Below are positions 61,453-64,000 of a stretch of 64,000 nt of DNA, one piece after another. Made by a program: the position numbers and the translations under genes. Every line of letters starts with the position of its first letter. Position 1 is the stretch's first letter. Source of the DNA: Tubulanus polymorphus (taxonomy: Eukaryota > Animalia > Nemertea); the NCBI RefSeq assembly GCF_964204645.1, contig NC_134026.1, positions 12,547,950-12,611,949 of the forward strand, given 5' to 3'. Under the pieces are notes generated by a model. The model was not told the DNA's origin, made no database searches, and worked only from the letters and a program-made list of their open reading frames with translations.

Positions 61453-64000
61453 ATGAATCCATGGAGATAGTGCCAGATTATTGTGTAGTACTGCGTGTGG
61501 GTGTGTTATATGACAAATGAACAATCGAATTTAAAGTTCTAATGAGTCAATCATAATGAGTTCAGGACTGCGGATTGGAAATGATGAAGTTCTGTCCATA
61601 TTGTAGGATCCATTTTCATATGCAGATATAGTGGTAATCTGACTGTCTGTGAATTGGCGCCAGATTGGTAAGTGAAGGCGGTGAGTGACAGCAACAGGTT
61701 GTCCACCAGCTCCGTCTACTGCTACAGGCTTTTTGTGCTTCATGTAAGCTGGTCGATATTCTGGTGGCAAAGTAGACAGATGAGTGAGATCGCGATCACA
61801 TACTACATATTTAAACCGTTGATATACAATAACATTTCAGTGAATGGCATTAATGGACATAAGGGTCCACTGTGTTGTTGAAGTAATTGTTTGTGATTAA
61901 TTTTGTCATTGCTGAGTGCGTGGATTTGCACCTGAGCTTGCGATGTGTGTGAAATGACTGAAGCTTTGGGTCGTTCTTCGAGACCAGCAGCATACTTTGC
62001 TAAATATGCATGATTGAATCTTCGATCACAGAACTGCACATTTGTAGATGACTGCAATGCAATGAACATGTATGGGTGAGTTGGCACAAAATGCTCGTGG
62101 GGTTCAGCAGGGTATTGCCACTTTCCAGCTTTGAAAATGGTGTCAACGTCCCATTTATATTCATATGCATCATACGTAGCCAAATCCAACGCTGCCAACA
62201 TGCGCAGAGTATTTACATCAAATGCATTATGTTTGTTCAAGAATGATGGTACAAATGCAGGAGGATGTATTTGGACTCGGCAGATTTGTGTGTCATCAGC
62301 AGTTGTTCTCATACATCGAGAGGCAGCATGTGGGCAGTTGTGTACTTGTAGTTTAGTTGCCAAATCGTACAAAGCTGTAAATGCGTGGGCAGTTTCTGGA
62401 TATAGTCGTAAAATGGCAGCACGAATTGGTCAAACACCCATTGTCCTAGCATTGTTGCATGTTAACGTAACAAATAAATTCCACGAGCCTTCTGTACGTT
62501 GTATAGCAGTAACATTTCTCACTTCGCGAGCTGCATCATCCTGATCGAGTGGGATTAACGATTGCTTCGTGATGTGTTGGACACTGTGGTTTCTTGTTAA
62601 ATGTTCAAGTCCGCGTTTAGTAACCAAGCTAGCAGGATTATTGTTGAGATCGTAGTTTATGTTAATATCAAAGAGGAACTGCATGTAGGTATATATGTAC
62701 TGGTCATTAATGCAGGATCTCGAGCGCGTACTCTTATGTGATCAACTATATTACCAATTTGCTTTTGGTGTAGGTGGTACCTGGTGTACATGATGGATGG
62801 CATGGCGCCAACCACTGATGAGCCACGCATATACCAAAATGGCATTGTAAATAATTGACTCTCGGGTGTGATGAGTGGCACTGACCAGCCAGCTGATTTG
62901 CAGCAAATATCTTGTAGTATGCGTCGAGCTTTCAATGGTGCTGTGGGTGTTCTATTGTGGCGATGCAATAAGTGCATGTGACTGTGGTTTAAAAGGTGGT
63001 GTGCTAATGTACTGTCATCGTCAGCTGAGAAGAAGCAATTTTCTTGTTGGGCTGAAGTGTGTGGCAGCAATTGTTCATGCAATAAGTCCTCATGGTGAGG
63101 TATTGGGTGTTCAGTTTGCTCGTTGAGGCCTTCATGTACAATGTTGTGAAGGTCATGATTTTCTATGGTGTCTTCAAATGGAAGTTGCATGGGACGGTTG
63201 TGAGGCAGGGCTGGATAATAAGCACCAATATGTGCAATAGATCCATCATCGTCATTGTATATTTCTTTCATATTTACGCGACATAAGCCTGTTGGACATT
63301 GCATGTCAGGTATGCCATGACTGCACTGCCAGCGAAGAACTCGAGTACAAATAGGAACACTGCAATGCAAATGGTGGCCTCGCCCTTACAGGAAACTAGT
63401 AAGCAATCATGTAAAATACATTTCACTTTGAGTTGACCTCCACAAGACATCATGATGTAATTCCAAGCATCATGACACTCAGTTTTCTTGACATACACAG
63501 CAAATGGCTGTACAGTGGTATTAATCTCATTGAGTGTGGTACCAGCTAGGTTCCAATGCATATCTATATTCCATCTGAATGTTCATTGTATGTTCTATCA
63601 TTTTGCCGAGCGTTGTGTGCATACATTAAGTTCCAATTGCCATCTGGGGATTGTAGAGGTAAACTTTGATCACGCAGTGCTCGTTCAGCAATGCAGACTA
63701 TATAGACATTATTCTGGCCTAGATGTTGCCACGAAGGATGTTGTTGTGTGACATAAACATGTGCGCATAAGGATTGCAAGGTCAGCGCCACGCTAATATG
63801 CTGGAAATGTTTTAGATCCTGAGGAGGATTAATATCATGTATGATATGAGATAATCGAGTGAGATGAGGTAATGGAACAGATTGGCGCTGAGAGATTCGA
63901 CAACAAACAGACGCTAGGAATTTTTTGTCAGCATTAGGATGTTGTGATAGATGTTCCAAAAAATTGCGATGCAATTGACGGTTGTGTAACAAAGCATTTA
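61453..64000 (-). pseudogene. Helitron-like HUH Rep protein remnant
   Basis: Motif I FVTLTCN; Q.H.C....RC...CR; TNVQ...YLAKY (motif III, YxxKY); motif II appears deleted; Cys-rich upstream region. Confidence 0.6.

Overview
Eukaryotic, almost certainly animal (probably aquatic invertebrate), DNA made up almost entirely of nested, mostly decayed mobile elements; no host gene or prokaryotic feature is recognisable. The backbone is four pieces of one AT-rich Polinton/Maverick (polintovirus) family: A (1-10294, right part), B (22345-41414, near full length), C (45638-51939, rearranged, reverse orientation) and D (about 60640-61452, one end). Together they carry pPolB, a DDE integrase with chromodomain, an A32-type ATPase, major and minor capsid proteins, an HNH nuclease and many small membrane proteins. 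Also present are a RAG1/Transib-like DDE transposase next to a spliced chromodomain gene, a palindromic Penelope insertion with three hammerhead-ribozyme motifs inside polB, an RTEX-like LINE with a 2A-like motif, MULE, Academ-like and Helitron-like remnants, MITEs and a 110-bp tandem array. The most notable signals are: (1) the outer 110-330 bp of each Polinton TIR forms a covarying fold-back hairpin whose mismatches are mostly G.T on the 3'-terminal strand; (2) Polinton genes use two promoter-like classes ending in TAAATG, resembling poxvirus post-replicative promoters; (3) the RAG1-like transposase is paired with a chromodomain gene. All calls come from reading motifs by eye; no searches were run.
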